A DNA stretch of 64,000 bases from a virus. Location of the stretch: the IMG/VR virus record IMGVR_UViG_3300004805_000006, positions 1-64,000 of that record; one strand, given 5' to 3'. The notes under the pieces were generated by a model. It worked only from the letters and a program-made list of their open reading frames with translations. It ran no database searches and was not told the origin of the DNA. This document shows, piece after piece, positions 17,749 to 27,811 of the stretch (position 1 is the first letter of the stretch; every line of letters begins with the position of its first letter). Made by a program: the position numbers and the translations under genes.

Positions 17749-18069
17749 TTAAAAATGTCCTGGTGACGCTGATACGGCTGATAGACCAATTCTTGCTACT
17801 GCTAATACAGTTCCAGCTGCGACTACATTGTTTGAATAAGTATATTTATCAATGCGATCATTCCTATCACCATTATACCCACCCCCAAACAGTCCATATC
17901 CGTATCCCTGACTAGCGCTGTAAAAGTTACTCATACTAATAGGTCCAGTAAGAATACTACTCAAAGTTCTAGGAGCAGTATCTCCTAATGAAATTTGAGT
18001 ATTAGCTGGTAAACCTAGTTCTACATTAATTTGTCCGAAGTCAATCGGACCTGAAGATTGAAGTGTCAT
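17749..18069 (-). CDS. Small virion/fibre-associated protein
   Basis: MTLQSSGPI...INVELG...ISL...GPISMSNFY, a phage structural N-terminal pattern. Confidence 0.65.
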   Translation of the reverse strand: MTLQSSGPIDFGQINVELGLPANTQISLGDTAPRTLSSILTGPISMSNFYSASQGYGYGLFGGGYNGDRNDRIDKYTYSNNVVAAGTVLAVARIGLSAVSASPGHF

Positions 18070-18358
18070 TTTAAGCTCCTTAGTAAATATATAACTACCT
18101 TATCATTTTTCATTACTCATCACCCAAGTCATAGTTAGTATACCAACAAAAAATCCAATAACCATTCCCATTATTAATCCTTCATAAAACATTTTTGCCA
18201 CCTCCTATGTTAAATTTAATGACTGTATCTTTTGTAAAGTTCGTTACGTAATGAATCAAGTTGTGCTTCAAGTTGTTCTACTTGTCTTACTAGGCTTCTA
18301 CATCTATAGAACAATGCTATAACAAATGAGATCAATACTACTATAATATCGTATTCTA

Positions 18359-19225
18359 TCATAATTTGTACCTCCTATATAGTAATGCTTTATACCAAGC
18401 TGTATGCCACTCACGGTCAGTGTTAGCTCTAGCGTTGCAAGATCTACACACTGTTATTAAATTACTAGGACCACAATTCTTTTTGTTGTAGTCTATATGA
18501 TGGATAGTTAATCCTGAATATTTTTTAGTGCATGCTGGATTAAGACATTTATAGTCGTCACGTTCTTTAATGTAATTTTTGTATTCTTTATCCTTCCAAA
18601 TTGGGCAGTATGGTTCAAAAGAAATACCTCCTTTCCAGTTTGGATGACCCAATCCTGAAAACTGTATATTTTTACATGTTGGACATCTTCTTCCTTGCTG
18701 CCAATTAGACCAACTTATACTATGTATATGACCTTCAGGGCATTTACAATCTAATTTAATATGAGCGCCTATATATTCTTTAGATAATAATTCATAACCA
18801 CTTTTAATAAAAGATTTTTTAATGTTCTCTAAAGTTAGTTTAATTTTTCCATAACAAATTGAGCATCTCTGACCCATTCTCCAGTTATTAAAAGTAATAC
18901 TACGTTCATGTCCATTAGAACATTTATAATATAATTTAGTACTACAGTCTATATATTCTTTAGAAAATAAAATATATCCATCTTTATTAAAACATTTTTT
19001 AATATAATCTAAAGTAAATTTAATATTATTATTACTACAATACGGGCATCTTTGTCCTGCTTTCCAGTGACCCCAAGTAATATTATGCTTATGACCATTG
19101 GAACATTGATAATTCAATTTAGTTTGAGCATTAGTATACTCATTAGATAATAATTCATAACCACCATCTTCAAATGATTGTTTAACAAATTCATAAGTAT
19201 GTTTTTTACCCATCGATTCCACCAT
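18359..19225 (-). CDS. HNH endonuclease with 3 zinc-ribbon repeats
   Basis: C..GH.H...W...G.RC..C x3; PNWKGG; RD..C, IHHIDYNKKNC, C..CN. Confidence 0.88.
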   Translation of the reverse strand: MVESMGKKHTYEFVKQSFEDGGYELLSNEYTNAQTKLNYQCSNGHKHNITWGHWKAGQRCPYCSNNNIKFTLDYIKKCFNKDGYILFSKEYIDCSTKLYYKCSNGHERSITFNNWRMGQRCSICYGKIKLTLENIKKSFIKSGYELLSKEYIGAHIKLDCKCPEGHIHSISWSNWQQGRRCPTCKNIQFSGLGHPNWKGGISFEPYCPIWKDKEYKNYIKERDDYKCLNPACTKKYSGLTIHHIDYNKKNCGPSNLITVCRSCNARANTDREWHTAWYKALLYRRYKL

Positions 19226-20012
19226 CCAAATCTATTTCACTTATGACCTCTATTTTTGCTTTATCATAATCTACACGTTTACTAAAAACTCCCTCTAGTT
19301 CTTTTAGCAATGCATTTTTTATAGCTTTAAGATTTCCAAGTTTCATCACAACCTCATCCAACTGTCCATCATCCAAAAGTAGATTTATAGTCTTGTCAAT
19401 AACACATGCTGGATCAAATTTATTGGATGACGATAAACTTCTACAAGTAGCCTCCACCCTATCTACTATCATCAGAATAGCAGCTTCCAATCCTGTGGGT
19501 TTTGTAGTTTTATACCTGAAAGTATCTTCTACACCTTTACCAGACTTATCAAAAAAATATTGTAATATAGATGTTCCATGGTGTTGAGAAATTACTTCGA
19601 TAACATCTCTTGGAAATTTGTGATCATTGATAAGTATCATTACTGAATCTGACACATGCCTAGTAATAATATTGTAACTTATACTCGGTAATAATTTTAA
19701 ATGAGGGTCTTCATCATCTTCAATATGGTTTTCAGTAAAGTATTTAGGATTAAATGTTTTTCCTATATCATGGTAAGTAGCTATGACTTTCATCTTCAGT
19801 ACATTCAGACTTAAAGATAGTGCTATACCTTCTACTATTCCAGAAATTGTCTGTGAGTGATGATAAGTACCAGGACACTTATCTCTAAATCTTTGTAGCA
19901 ATGGATACGATGGGTCCAGTAATAGTTGTAGATCTTTAGATTCTTTGGATTCTTTATCTTCAGTAATAGCACCATTTATAATTCGTTCTTCAGTCATAGC
20001 TACCTCCATCAT
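19206..20012 (-). CDS. HDIG phosphohydrolase, PgpH/7TM-HD-like catalytic domain without transmembrane part
   Basis: PGTYHHS, YHDIGK..PKYFTEN, PH..L.P..S..II..HV, QHHGT, FRY...KP...EAAILMIVD.VEA. Confidence 0.88.
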   Translation of the reverse strand: MMEVAMTEERIINGAITEDKESKESKDLQLLLDPSYPLLQRFRDKCPGTYHHSQTISGIVEGIALSLSLNVLKMKVIATYHDIGKTFNPKYFTENHIEDDEDPHLKLLPSISYNIITRHVSDSVMILINDHKFPRDVIEVISQHHGTSILQYFFDKSGKGVEDTFRYKTTKPTGLEAAILMIVDRVEATCRSLSSSNKFDPACVIDKTINLLLDDGQLDEVVMKLGNLKAIKNALLKELEGVFSKRVDYDKAKIEVISEIDLDGGIDG

Positions 20013-20212
20013 TTCCTACCCACTAGTTTACTAGCATTTTGTGTATTTAAATCTTCTAATTGCTCACCACAATTTTTACATACTGCATTTGCAAATTCAA
20101 CATTAGCTACTATATGACTTTCTTTACACTTAGGGCAGTACATACTTTTACCCTTTAGGTTTGATAGTTCTTGTTTTGGTGCTGGTTGTAGTCGTCCGTT
20201 ATCTTTTAGCAT
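20009..20212 (-). CDS. Zinc-ribbon protein
   Basis: CPKC...CKNCG. Confidence 0.7.
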   Translation of the reverse strand: MLKDNGRLQPAPKQELSNLKGKSMYCPKCKESHIVANVEFANAVCKNCGEQLEDLNTQNASKLVGRK

Positions 20213-20223
20213 ATTTTTAACTC

Positions 20224-20760
20224 CTATATTAATCGAATTTCTTCTGGCATGGTATCAAAAAAACCAGGATCGCTTCCAATTTCTCTGATCATACCATTTT
20301 TTAAAGCCATTTTATTATCTTCAATAAAGAATTTATACTTTGGTTTATCACCCCATATTCTTAATCGTTCTCTTATAATCTTTTGTCCTAAATTCTCAGG
20401 TCCATTTATGATACTTTTTACTTGGCGCGGGAAAGTAAATCTTAGCCATTTCATATAACCACAACGCATAAGTTCCCAAAGTAATTGGTCTCTTTTTTCT
20501 GAAAAATTATCACTTGTGGTTATATAAACTATACGCCACTCCGCATAATACTTCAAAATAACGTCCTGTATCTGACTAAAATCCCTATAATCTAAATTAC
20601 AAACTAAAAGTCCGAAATCGCTTATGATGAACTGTACAGATACTCCTCTAACCATGTTCATCTTTTTAAAGCTGACCTTGAATTGACTTAACATTACACC
20701 AGTATTAATTTCTAGCTCTTTTAAATCCATAGTACTCCTTGTGTGGGGCTTTCGCCCCAC
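20224..20760 (-). CDS. Hypothetical protein
   Basis: ORF in operon. Confidence 0.7.
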   Translation of the reverse strand: MGRKPHTRSTMDLKELEINTGVMLSQFKVSFKKMNMVRGVSVQFIISDFGLLVCNLDYRDFSQIQDVILKYYAEWRIVYITTSDNFSEKRDQLLWELMRCGYMKWLRFTFPRQVKSIINGPENLGQKIIRERLRIWGDKPKYKFFIEDNKMALKNGMIREIGSDPGFFDTMPEEIRLI

Positions 20761-20764
20761 TATA

Positions 20765-23257
20765 TTAGTTAGCGGTTAAAGACACAAGTTCTTTATGTAC
20801 TTCAGATTTTTTAATTACTTCTACGTCTTTAATATAGAAAGCAACCTTGGACTGTAATACCGACACCAGTACTGTAGCATCCAAAGGTATGGCATCTCTT
20901 AGCAACTTCAATGCTAAAGGCGTAGCTATTTCTTTTTCAATACATCTTTTTAATGGTCGGGCTCCAAAATCTTCATCTATACCATGTTTTAAAATATAAG
21001 ACTTAATTTTTTTATCAAATTTTAATGTCAAATCTTTAAACTCAGTATCATTATTCTTAAGATTTTCATTAAGTTTATAAAGTTCAATGTCTATAATTCT
21101 AATATAATCTTGTTTAGATAATGAATTAAAGTGAACAATAGAGTCAATTCTATTTAAGAACTCAGGTTTAAATTTCTTTTTAATTGCTTTTTCAATTGCT
21201 TTAGTTTTCTTATCATCGGTTACTTTAGCAACATCTCCAAATCCTATAGTTTTTTTAACATCATCAACTTCAGACACACCTATATTAGAGGTCATAATAA
21301 CTATAGTATCCTTAAATGATACCTTCTGACCTTTACCATCAGTAAGTCTTCCTTCCTCTAGAATCTGTAATAACAACTCATGCACTTTATGACTAGCCTT
21401 TTCTATCTCATCAAAAACAACTACGCTAAACGGGTTCTCCATTACTGCATTTGTAAGGGTACCTCCTTGCTCAAAACCTATGTATCCATTTGGACTATTA
21501 TGCACAATAAAATCAAGTACATACGATACATCTTCTTCTACTGCTAAATCATATACTTTACCGGTATAGTTTATTATATCTATCTTTTTTATTTGTTTAT
21601 AGATATAATTTTCATCAGCATACTCGTATAAATTTGTATTTTTTAAATACTCTTCTGTAACTTGACACACTGGATAAACTAAAGTATCTCCGGCTATTAA
21701 ATCTTTAGCTTGAACCCATTTTAAATTATTAACATTAAATTGTTTATTATCTAAATTAGTTTTTGATTTTATAGCAAGTACTTCATGAGTTTTAGTCATG
21801 GTTTCTGAGATATTAGAATTTACTGTGGTGATTTCTATCATTTCACCTTTTTGATCATACTCATGAACAAATTCTACATTTCTACTTCGACCTTTATGAG
21901 TTATTACTTTATCACCTATGTTAATAGTTTCAATATTTTTTCTCTCTCCACTTTCCATAAGAACTTTAGTTCCTGGAACAAAACATCCAATTAATTTAGA
22001 GTACTCGTGGTCAGAAGAAAATTCTGAACAATCAATTGTAACTAAATTATCCCTGTCTTTAATCAGTTCATCTGCTAGAATCTTAGTTGTGAGACTTTTT
22101 CCAATACCAGTTGAGCCTGCAAATAAGAAAGATCCTATTGGTTTTATAGGATCTTTCAACCCAACACTAGCCCTCTGAACCGCTTCTACAATTTGGTCTA
22201 CCGCAGAATCTTGTCCTATAACAAACACCTTCATAGTGTCATTGAGTTTTAAAAGATCATCTTTAGACACGTCTTTAAAAGTTTTTTTATGCTTCTTTTT
22301 CTTTTTAGAATTTTGTTGTCCGGCATGAGAAGACATTCTATTCGGAGGTTGATTTCTTTTGTTTTGTGGCTCATCATCTTCTGATTCTTCACTATTATCA
22401 GACATATTCTGTGCATTTTCATATGTAAGAAATGGGTTTGCATCGTGTGCTAATAGATATACTTCATGCATTAAAATAGGAGGAGCAACTCTATTAGGAA
22501 GTCCCATATTATCTAGCATGATAAATAAGTCCTCACTATCAACTACGCACACTGTTACCACATAAGTCTGAAAACTAGATCTATTATGGAAAAATTTATG
22601 ACTTAGTATACTAGCTGCATCCTGCTCATTAAATTTTTTAACTTCCACGTATCTATTGATTCGTTTCCACCACTGTTTAACTACAGTGAATTCAATGTCT
22701 TCAATGTTTTTAAGTTCGGATGGTAATTCTTTTTTTACTTTTTTAGTATCTTCTGGAATACTTTCAATAGTATCCTCAGGTTCTTGTTCATTAACATCAT
22801 CATAGTAAGAAACATTCCATTGTTTATTTTCTGTAAGTGGTCGTTCTTCTTCACTTAGTATATCTGTACTCTTAAGTTTAATTACTGAATTACGATTAAT
22901 GACCAAGTTATCTGGATTTAATAATGGATTGAAGAATATGACTTGTGTCATAACTTCTTCTCTAACCTGCATTAAGCTAGGTGGTAAATTAGCTTGCTGC
23001 TTAATATGAAACAATAGTTGATTAATATTAGCCACGCAGGTTGCAATTACATAATCCTCATAAAAACTTCTATTAATGCTTCCCTTATCTCTTGCAAGAT
23101 AAGCTAGTTTATCTTCTATTTCATTTTTAGGAATTTCCAGAACTAATATTTCAAATTCTGCTTCTTTAATCCATGCTTTATGTATTTTATAATTTTCTGA
23201 CATAGTTATATTTTCCTTATCGTTTACGGAATTTTTCATTACCAAATTTAACCACAT
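20765..23257 (-). CDS. ClpA/B-like AAA+ ATPase (single D2-type domain) with intein
   Basis: VIGQD, GSTGIGKS, IDCSEF, FDEIEKA, EGRLTD, PEFLNRID, GARPLKR; long acidic N-terminus; probable start MSEN at ~23203. Confidence 0.9.
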   Translation of the reverse strand: MWLNLVMKNSVNDKENITMSENYKIHKAWIKEAEFEILVLEIPKNEIEDKLAYLARDKGSINRSFYEDYVIATCVANINQLLFHIKQQANLPPSLMQVREEVMTQVIFFNPLLNPDNLVINRNSVIKLKSTDILSEEERPLTENKQWNVSYYDDVNEQEPEDTIESIPEDTKKVKKELPSELKNIEDIEFTVVKQWWKRINRYVEVKKFNEQDAASILSHKFFHNRSSFQTYVVTVCVVDSEDLFIMLDNMGLPNRVAPPILMHEVYLLAHDANPFLTYENAQNMSDNSEESEDDEPQNKRNQPPNRMSSHAGQQNSKKKKKHKKTFKDVSKDDLLKLNDTMKVFVIGQDSAVDQIVEAVQRASVGLKDPIKPIGSFLFAGSTGIGKSLTTKILADELIKDRDNLVTIDCSEFSSDHEYSKLIGCFVPGTKVLMESGERKNIETINIGDKVITHKGRSRNVEFVHEYDQKGEMIEITTVNSNISETMTKTHEVLAIKSKTNLDNKQFNVNNLKWVQAKDLIAGDTLVYPVCQVTEEYLKNTNLYEYADENYIYKQIKKIDIINYTGKVYDLAVEEDVSYVLDFIVHNSPNGYIGFEQGGTLTNAVMENPFSVVVFDEIEKASHKVHELLLQILEEGRLTDGKGQKVSFKDTIVIMTSNIGVSEVDDVKKTIGFGDVAKVTDDKKTKAIEKAIKKKFKPEFLNRIDSIVHFNSLSKQDYIRIIDIELYKLNENLKNNDTEFKDLTLKFDKKIKSYILKHGIDEDFGARPLKRCIEKEIATPLALKLLRDAIPLDATVLVSVLQSKVAFYIKDVEVIKKSEVHKELVSLTAN
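21497..21985 (-). mobile_element. Mini-intein (163 aa) in the Clp ATPase
   Basis: KLIG|CFVPGT...T..H...VYDLAV...IVHN|SPNGYIG; no LAGLIDADG domain. Confidence 0.92.
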
Positions 23258-24269
23258 AGACAGCTTCTTGATAAGTCAGTTTATCCTGATCTGGGATAGG
23301 TCGTTTAGTATAGTTATTAAGCTCAAAAGCCTCTGTAGCTAATGATTCATATTCTGCACCTTTAATGCATAATATACTCTGCAAAGCCACTTTCTGAACA
23401 TCTGATATATATTCTGGTTCTCCAGTATTAATAGTCTCAGTCTTAGACTCAGGTATATTATTTACTGGTGGACTTGATATTGCAGGCGATGTTTTTGACA
23501 TATTTTTCTTAGCCATTTCAATTCCTGGAGGTAATGGCATACTTCCTTTTGGTATTACTGGTGGTGTACTTTCAGTAGCTATTGACTCCATAAATGGTGA
23601 TGGTGTTACAGGTGTTGTAGTTGCTGTAGGCACTATAGGTTCAACCGAAGCTGTCAGTGTAGGTGCTACAGGTGTAAATGGTACTACAGACGCTGTAAGA
23701 GCCATAGGAGCTATAGGTGTTACTACTGGGTTAGTTGGAAATGTACCAGATACTGTTGTAGCCATAGGAGGAATAGTTGTATCCATCGGTGGAATTTGTG
23801 ATGGGTACTTAGATGGTAAAGATGAAGATGCTTTTGTATTAATAGGTTTCATAGAAGATGGTAATCCAAATTCTTTATGCCCACTATGTGTAGGAGAAGA
23901 AGAGCTATTACTATCATCATCATCGTCTAAGTATAATCCTACTCCCCATTTCTTACATGCGTCCTTTAGTGCTTTAGAGTAAGCAGATTTAAAAGCATTT
24001 CCTGCTTCGCCATTATCATTAGGAGCACCACCAAAACCTTCTTGTATAAAGGCTATTTTATTATCACAATTAAGTATAGTAACTTTTACTCTAACAATAA
24101 CATTATTTCCTATAATGTCTTGAAATACAACTTCGCTTGACCAGTTTACTCCAAACACTTCATTCATTCTATCTGCTACATCCTGCCAACGAATGTAGGA
24201 ATAAGTTCCACCTCTGCCTTTTCTAGTTGGTACATTGTCAAAATTTTTATACAGTAGTTCGTTTTTCAT
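23217..24269 (-). CDS. Rad52/22 (Sak)-family ssDNA-annealing protein with Pro/Thr-rich linker
   Basis: RKGRGG.YSYI....V..RMNEVFG..W, AFKSAYSKALK.A...GVGLYL. Confidence 0.85.
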   Translation of the reverse strand: MKNELLYKNFDNVPTRKGRGGTYSYIRWQDVADRMNEVFGVNWSSEVVFQDIIGNNVIVRVKVTILNCDNKIAFIQEGFGGAPNDNGEAGNAFKSAYSKALKDACKKWGVGLYLDDDDDSNSSSSPTHSGHKEFGLPSSMKPINTKASSSLPSKYPSQIPPMDTTIPPMATTVSGTFPTNPVVTPIAPMALTASVVPFTPVAPTLTASVEPIVPTATTTPVTPSPFMESIATESTPPVIPKGSMPLPPGIEMAKKNMSKTSPAISSPPVNNIPESKTETINTGEPEYISDVQKVALQSILCIKGAEYESLATEAFELNNYTKRPIPDQDKLTYQEAVYVVKFGNEKFRKR

Positions 24270-24329
24270 ACTATTCTCCTTTAAATGTTAACAGCTTAAT
24301 TATTAAGTTAAAGTAACTTTCATACATGT

Positions 24330-24357
24330 AATATAATACACAACTTCTATTTGTCAA
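24330..24357 (-). promoter_or_regulatory. Sigma70-like promoter TTGACA-N16-TATATT
   Basis: Read on the reverse strand; upstream of the Sak gene. Confidence 0.75.
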
Positions 24358-24361
24358 GTAA

Positions 24362-24817
24362 TTAACTCATCTCACTTTCATAGTGTTCTGATTTAGCAAA
24401 CTGCCACTTATTAGTTTTCTTTAGTTGTTTACGAAATACTGAACTTGGAACTTGAATTCCATCAGTTCCTTCATCCATCCGTGGACGATTTTCTGGGTCT
24501 GATTGAATACCTAAACTATCATTACCTTCTTGGCAATTTGATTTTATTTCTTCTTGAGTAAATCTATTTTTTCGTTCTTCAAGATTGGACATTTCATCTA
24601 TGTCTCTTACAGCTGTGTCAATAGGATTTTGATCTGTATTAGGATCGTCTCCTTTACGTACTGTATAATCGTTATCATCTCCAACAGATGTATGTAATTT
24701 TTGTCTTTGCCCGCCGAAATTAGAATGTGTAGCATCAGACTTATTATACATTACTGGTGAATCATTTGGTGTTAGTACTGTAAAATTCATAATTTTTCTC
24801 CTTAAATATACAATCAA
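24362..24817 (-). CDS. Hypothetical protein (probable start MNF at 24790)
   Basis: AAGGAG RBS. Confidence 0.65.
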   Translation of the reverse strand: MIVYLRRKIMNFTVLTPNDSPVMYNKSDATHSNFGGQRQKLHTSVGDDNDYTVRKGDDPNTDQNPIDTAVRDIDEMSNLEERKNRFTQEEIKSNCQEGNDSLGIQSDPENRPRMDEGTDGIQVPSSVFRKQLKKTNKWQFAKSEHYESEMS

Positions 24818-24943
24818 TATTTAATATTTCAAAATAACTACATGCTCTTTCTGATGGATTTTCTAAATCAAACATAATTTTTTTCACTTCTTCTGTGTTG
24901 CTCAAATTGATGACCTCCTTTAATTAAAAACATTAAAATACTT

Positions 24944-25302
24944 TGGAGATGCCGAGAGTCGAACTCGGGTCCACAATGCCGTTACTAAAAAGTTGACGAT
25001 GATAGTTTAAAACTACTACATAGTTTTTTAAGAGAAACTACTAAACTCTATTTTACTAGTTTAAAACACTGTTAGATTCTGTTGCTAGGCTCTAACAAAG
25101 CCCCATGATAGTGCTTATTAAGCAGCCATCAAATAGTTGCTCTTAGATTTAACAACACTAATTCCGTCATTAAGTGATCCACGAGCATAATCAACCATTT
25201 TTACTTTGCCATTTATATTTCTGAACAAGTGTTAACGTAGTTTGTTCCGTCTACGCATCGAGTCTTTAGCTTCATACACCATGTCGAAACCATTACATCC
25301 CC
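24944..25302 (-). ncRNA. ssrA: tmRNA
   Basis: 5' GGGGATGTAATGGTTTCGAC, 3' GGACCCGAGTTCGACTCTCGGCATCTCCA with G3-U pair; tag ORF (A)GKVKMVDYARGSLNDGISVVKSKSNYLMAA*. Confidence 0.95.
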
Positions 25303-25404
25303 ATAATATGGTGCTTCTATTTATATGCAGGTTACATAAAACATTAATAGATAATCACTACTTTAGAATAATGATTATCTACTTATGTGTAACTTGATAT
25401 AGTT

Positions 25405-25432
25405 AATATAATACATGTTTTACGTTTGTCAA
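25405..25432 (-). promoter_or_regulatory. Promoter TTGACA-N16-TATATT
   Basis: Upstream of tmRNA. Confidence 0.75.
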
Positions 25433-25442
25433 GTATTTAGTA

Positions 25443-26078
25443 TTAAAATTTTTCAATTCCCAAATTTACAATCTTTTTTTGAAAAACAATAAAGTAAGAA
25501 TGATGCTTTCTAGCATTTTTTTGTCCATCAATTTGCCATTGCGGAGTAAGTCTGTTCTTCGCCAATAATATAAATAAATCTTTAGTATAGAAACCTAATT
25601 TTTCAGCATAGTTTATAATAAAATTATGACTTATATATTGTTTACCACTACTTACTTTATCTTGGCATTTAGTTATTAAAATGCCATTTGAAGTTAATAT
25701 CCTTTTAAATTCAGTTAAAGATTTTTTGTAAAATATAAATAATTCTTTTTCGGTCGGGTAACATCCGAATCTATTTACCATTTCATTCTGTCCATCTTTT
25801 TTATTAATTAATGAAGGACCAGTGGTACTAAGAAAAGGTGGATCAAATATCATTGTTTTAATACTACTATCTTTTAAAGGTAAAGCTTCAGCCATTGCCG
25901 CAATAACGCCTGGCTTCTGAGGATATATATCAAATTTATATTTAGGTTCCTTTATTCCATGTTTATAAAACTTACCTGTACTATATGTAGGATCTAGTTC
26001 TATATCCCCTTCACAGTGCAGTTGTAGTATCCATTTGATAATCTGGTGTTGGTCATAGCTAATACTTTTGACATACAT
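25443..26078 (-). CDS. DNA amino-methyltransferase (N6A/N4C)
   Basis: LDPTYSTGKFY, FDPPF, EFKRIL...GILI.KCQD. Confidence 0.8.
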   Translation of the reverse strand: MYVKSISYDQHQIIKWILQLHCEGDIELDPTYSTGKFYKHGIKEPKYKFDIYPQKPGVIAAMAEALPLKDSSIKTMIFDPPFLSTTGPSLINKKDGQNEMVNRFGCYPTEKELFIFYKKSLTEFKRILTSNGILITKCQDKVSSGKQYISHNFIINYAEKLGFYTKDLFILLAKNRLTPQWQIDGQKNARKHHSYFIVFQKKIVNLGIEKF

Positions 26079-26092
26079 AATAGTAATTCCTA

Positions 26093-26950
26093 TTAATTGG
26101 AGGGTTGTTGGCAGGTAACTTTAGGTAAGTTTTTAATATACATTTGGACTAAGTTATTAAAATTTTTAGACTCTTTATATTTTAAATCGCCATAAGAATC
26201 TAATCTTATTATATTAACTTCAACATTATTAATTATATTGTATATAGCCGACTTTAATTTTTTAAGTTCTTCTGTAGTATCATTTTCTCCTTCTATAAGT
26301 AGTTGATTTAAAATAATATCTACACCATACCACTGTTTAAATTGATTAAGTAAGTGCAGGTCACTAATTGGAGTATTAGCTCTACTAGCTGGCATAAGTA
26401 AATTTCTATTATGAAATCTATTTAATGAATAGAATAATTGTAAATTACTAACTTTATTTTTTTGAGGATTAATTCTATAGTTAAAACAATCATCATTTAA
26501 TAAAGCAAGCTGATGCGGCCATCCTGGTTTAACTTCAGGTAACATGGTTGTTATATGTATACTGTCTATTCCTATAGCTGCACCAGCATCTGTTACTGAC
26601 CAACTTATTATTTTATTTGAAATGTGTCTTAATTCAATAGGATCTATTAAAAATGCGTCTCCCATCCCACTCCAATCAAGCCTAATATATTTTTTTCTGA
26701 GTTCAGGTTTAAGCTTTATTTCATTAGATACCGCAATTTTTATATTTTCAAATACTTGTTTAGAGCTAAGTTCTTGATAAGGATAATTTTGTATTGTTAA
26801 ATAACAATATTTACATCCTAAAGAACATCCAACTGATGATGAAATAGATACTGTAAACATACTAGTATTAGTTTCTGATGTTTTTATAATTGTTTCTGAT
26901 CCATCATCATGAATATACTTACTATTATCTTCAGTCCTATAAACTTTCAT
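26093..26950 (-). CDS. RlmN/Cfr-like radical SAM protein, degenerate
   Basis: SISSSVGCSLGCKYC, GMGDA, SL, GENDT; lacks the C-terminal CGQL; start MKVYR lies downstream of the promoter. Confidence 0.75.
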   Translation of the reverse strand: MKVYRTEDNSKYIHDDGSETIIKTSETNTSMFTVSISSSVGCSLGCKYCYLTIQNYPYQELSSKQVFENIKIAVSNEIKLKPELRKKYIRLDWSGMGDAFLIDPIELRHISNKIISWSVTDAGAAIGIDSIHITTMLPEVKPGWPHQLALLNDDCFNYRINPQKNKVSNLQLFYSLNRFHNRNLLMPASRANTPISDLHLLNQFKQWYGVDIILNQLLIEGENDTTEELKKLKSAIYNIINNVEVNIIRLDSYGDLKYKESKNFNNLVQMYIKNLPKVTCQQPSN

Positions 26951-26980
26951 AATCAATCCTTTATTTAAGTGTTTACTTAC

Positions 26981-27008
26981 TATATAGTACATGTTTTCTA
27001 TTTGTCAA
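26981..27008 (-). promoter_or_regulatory. Promoter TTGACA-N16-TATATA
   Basis: Same architecture as the other copies. Confidence 0.7.
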
Positions 27009-27012
27009 GTAG

Positions 27013-27324
27013 TTATAATATTTGTATTCCTTCTTCATTTACTTTAATATTATAATATTTTTGAGCACCCATACGATAATCTATTTTATTTTTACGTAAT
27101 TCTTCTACATAATCTATTTTAGATTGCTTAATTATGCCGCGCCCGAAAAAAATTCCTTCTGGGTCGTTTTGATAATCCCATATACCATATAATTCTTCTT
27201 TACCATCCTTATCAGTAATTGCTTCTAAAGAAAATCCAAGTGGATGAAAAAATTTTCTATTCACCTCTTGTAAAAATCCTAATTTTTCAAATTCTTCTAC
27301 ATCAACTAATTTAATATCTTCCAT
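27013..27324 (-). CDS. Hypothetical phage protein
   Basis: AGGAGG RBS, MEDIK...GFLQEVNRKFFHPLG...WDY..DPEG; the track start overlaps a tRNA. Confidence 0.7.
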   Translation of the reverse strand: MEDIKLVDVEEFEKLGFLQEVNRKFFHPLGFSLEAITDKDGKEELYGIWDYQNDPEGIFFGRGIIKQSKIDYVEELRKNKIDYRMGAQKYYNIKVNEEGIQIL

Positions 27325-27343
27325 TGCCTTTTCCTCCTTGTTG

Positions 27344-27416
27344 AGCGGGTAGCAGAACTTGAATCTGCACCATAGAGATTGGAAATCTCTTGTTCCACCA
27401 GTTGAACTATACCCGC
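27344..27416 (-). tRNA. tRNA-Gly(TCC)
   Basis: GCGGGTA/TACCCGC-T; AGAGA-TT TCC AA-TCTCT. Confidence 0.9.
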
Positions 27417-27424
27417 ATATTGTT

Positions 27425-27811
27425 TTAAAATAATGGTAATCCACCAGTTACTTCATCTATTCTTGAAATTAACCCAGGACCAACTGCTACAGATGTGTAT
27501 GTAGGAATTCCATGAAACTCAGTTTTACCTATATCTTTAATTAAAGAACATGGTAGATCTTTAGATTTTGCTTTATCATATATAGCTATTAGTTCTTCTT
27601 CTGAGTTAACATAAACACAAATTTTAGTAAATGATTCATTCAGCCACTCTCTAATTTCTGATGTAGGAGTGTAAATCCATCTAACTTCATCAGTCTTTGT
27701 AAGATAGTTAGTAATTGCTGCAGCCATAGATGCGTGTGCCACCTGTGACGCTAATTTCCCGGTACGCATCTTTAAATCTTTTCTTATTACTATAACTTGT
27801 TTTGTTTCCAT
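27425..27811 (-). CDS. pth2: Peptidyl-tRNA hydrolase Pth2
   Basis: KQVIVIRKDLKM..GKLASQVAHAS, KIC, DIGKTEF...T..AVGP. Confidence 0.93.
   Translation of the reverse strand: METKQVIVIRKDLKMRTGKLASQVAHASMAAAITNYLTKTDEVRWIYTPTSEIREWLNESFTKICVYVNSEEELIAIYDKAKSKDLPCSLIKDIGKTEFHGIPTYTSVAVGPGLISRIDEVTGGLPLF

Noticed and set aside
27344-27416. tRNA-Trp(CCA) reading
   Set aside because: The 7-nt loop TTTCCAA centres on TCC, and the GCG/U73 identity fits Gly.
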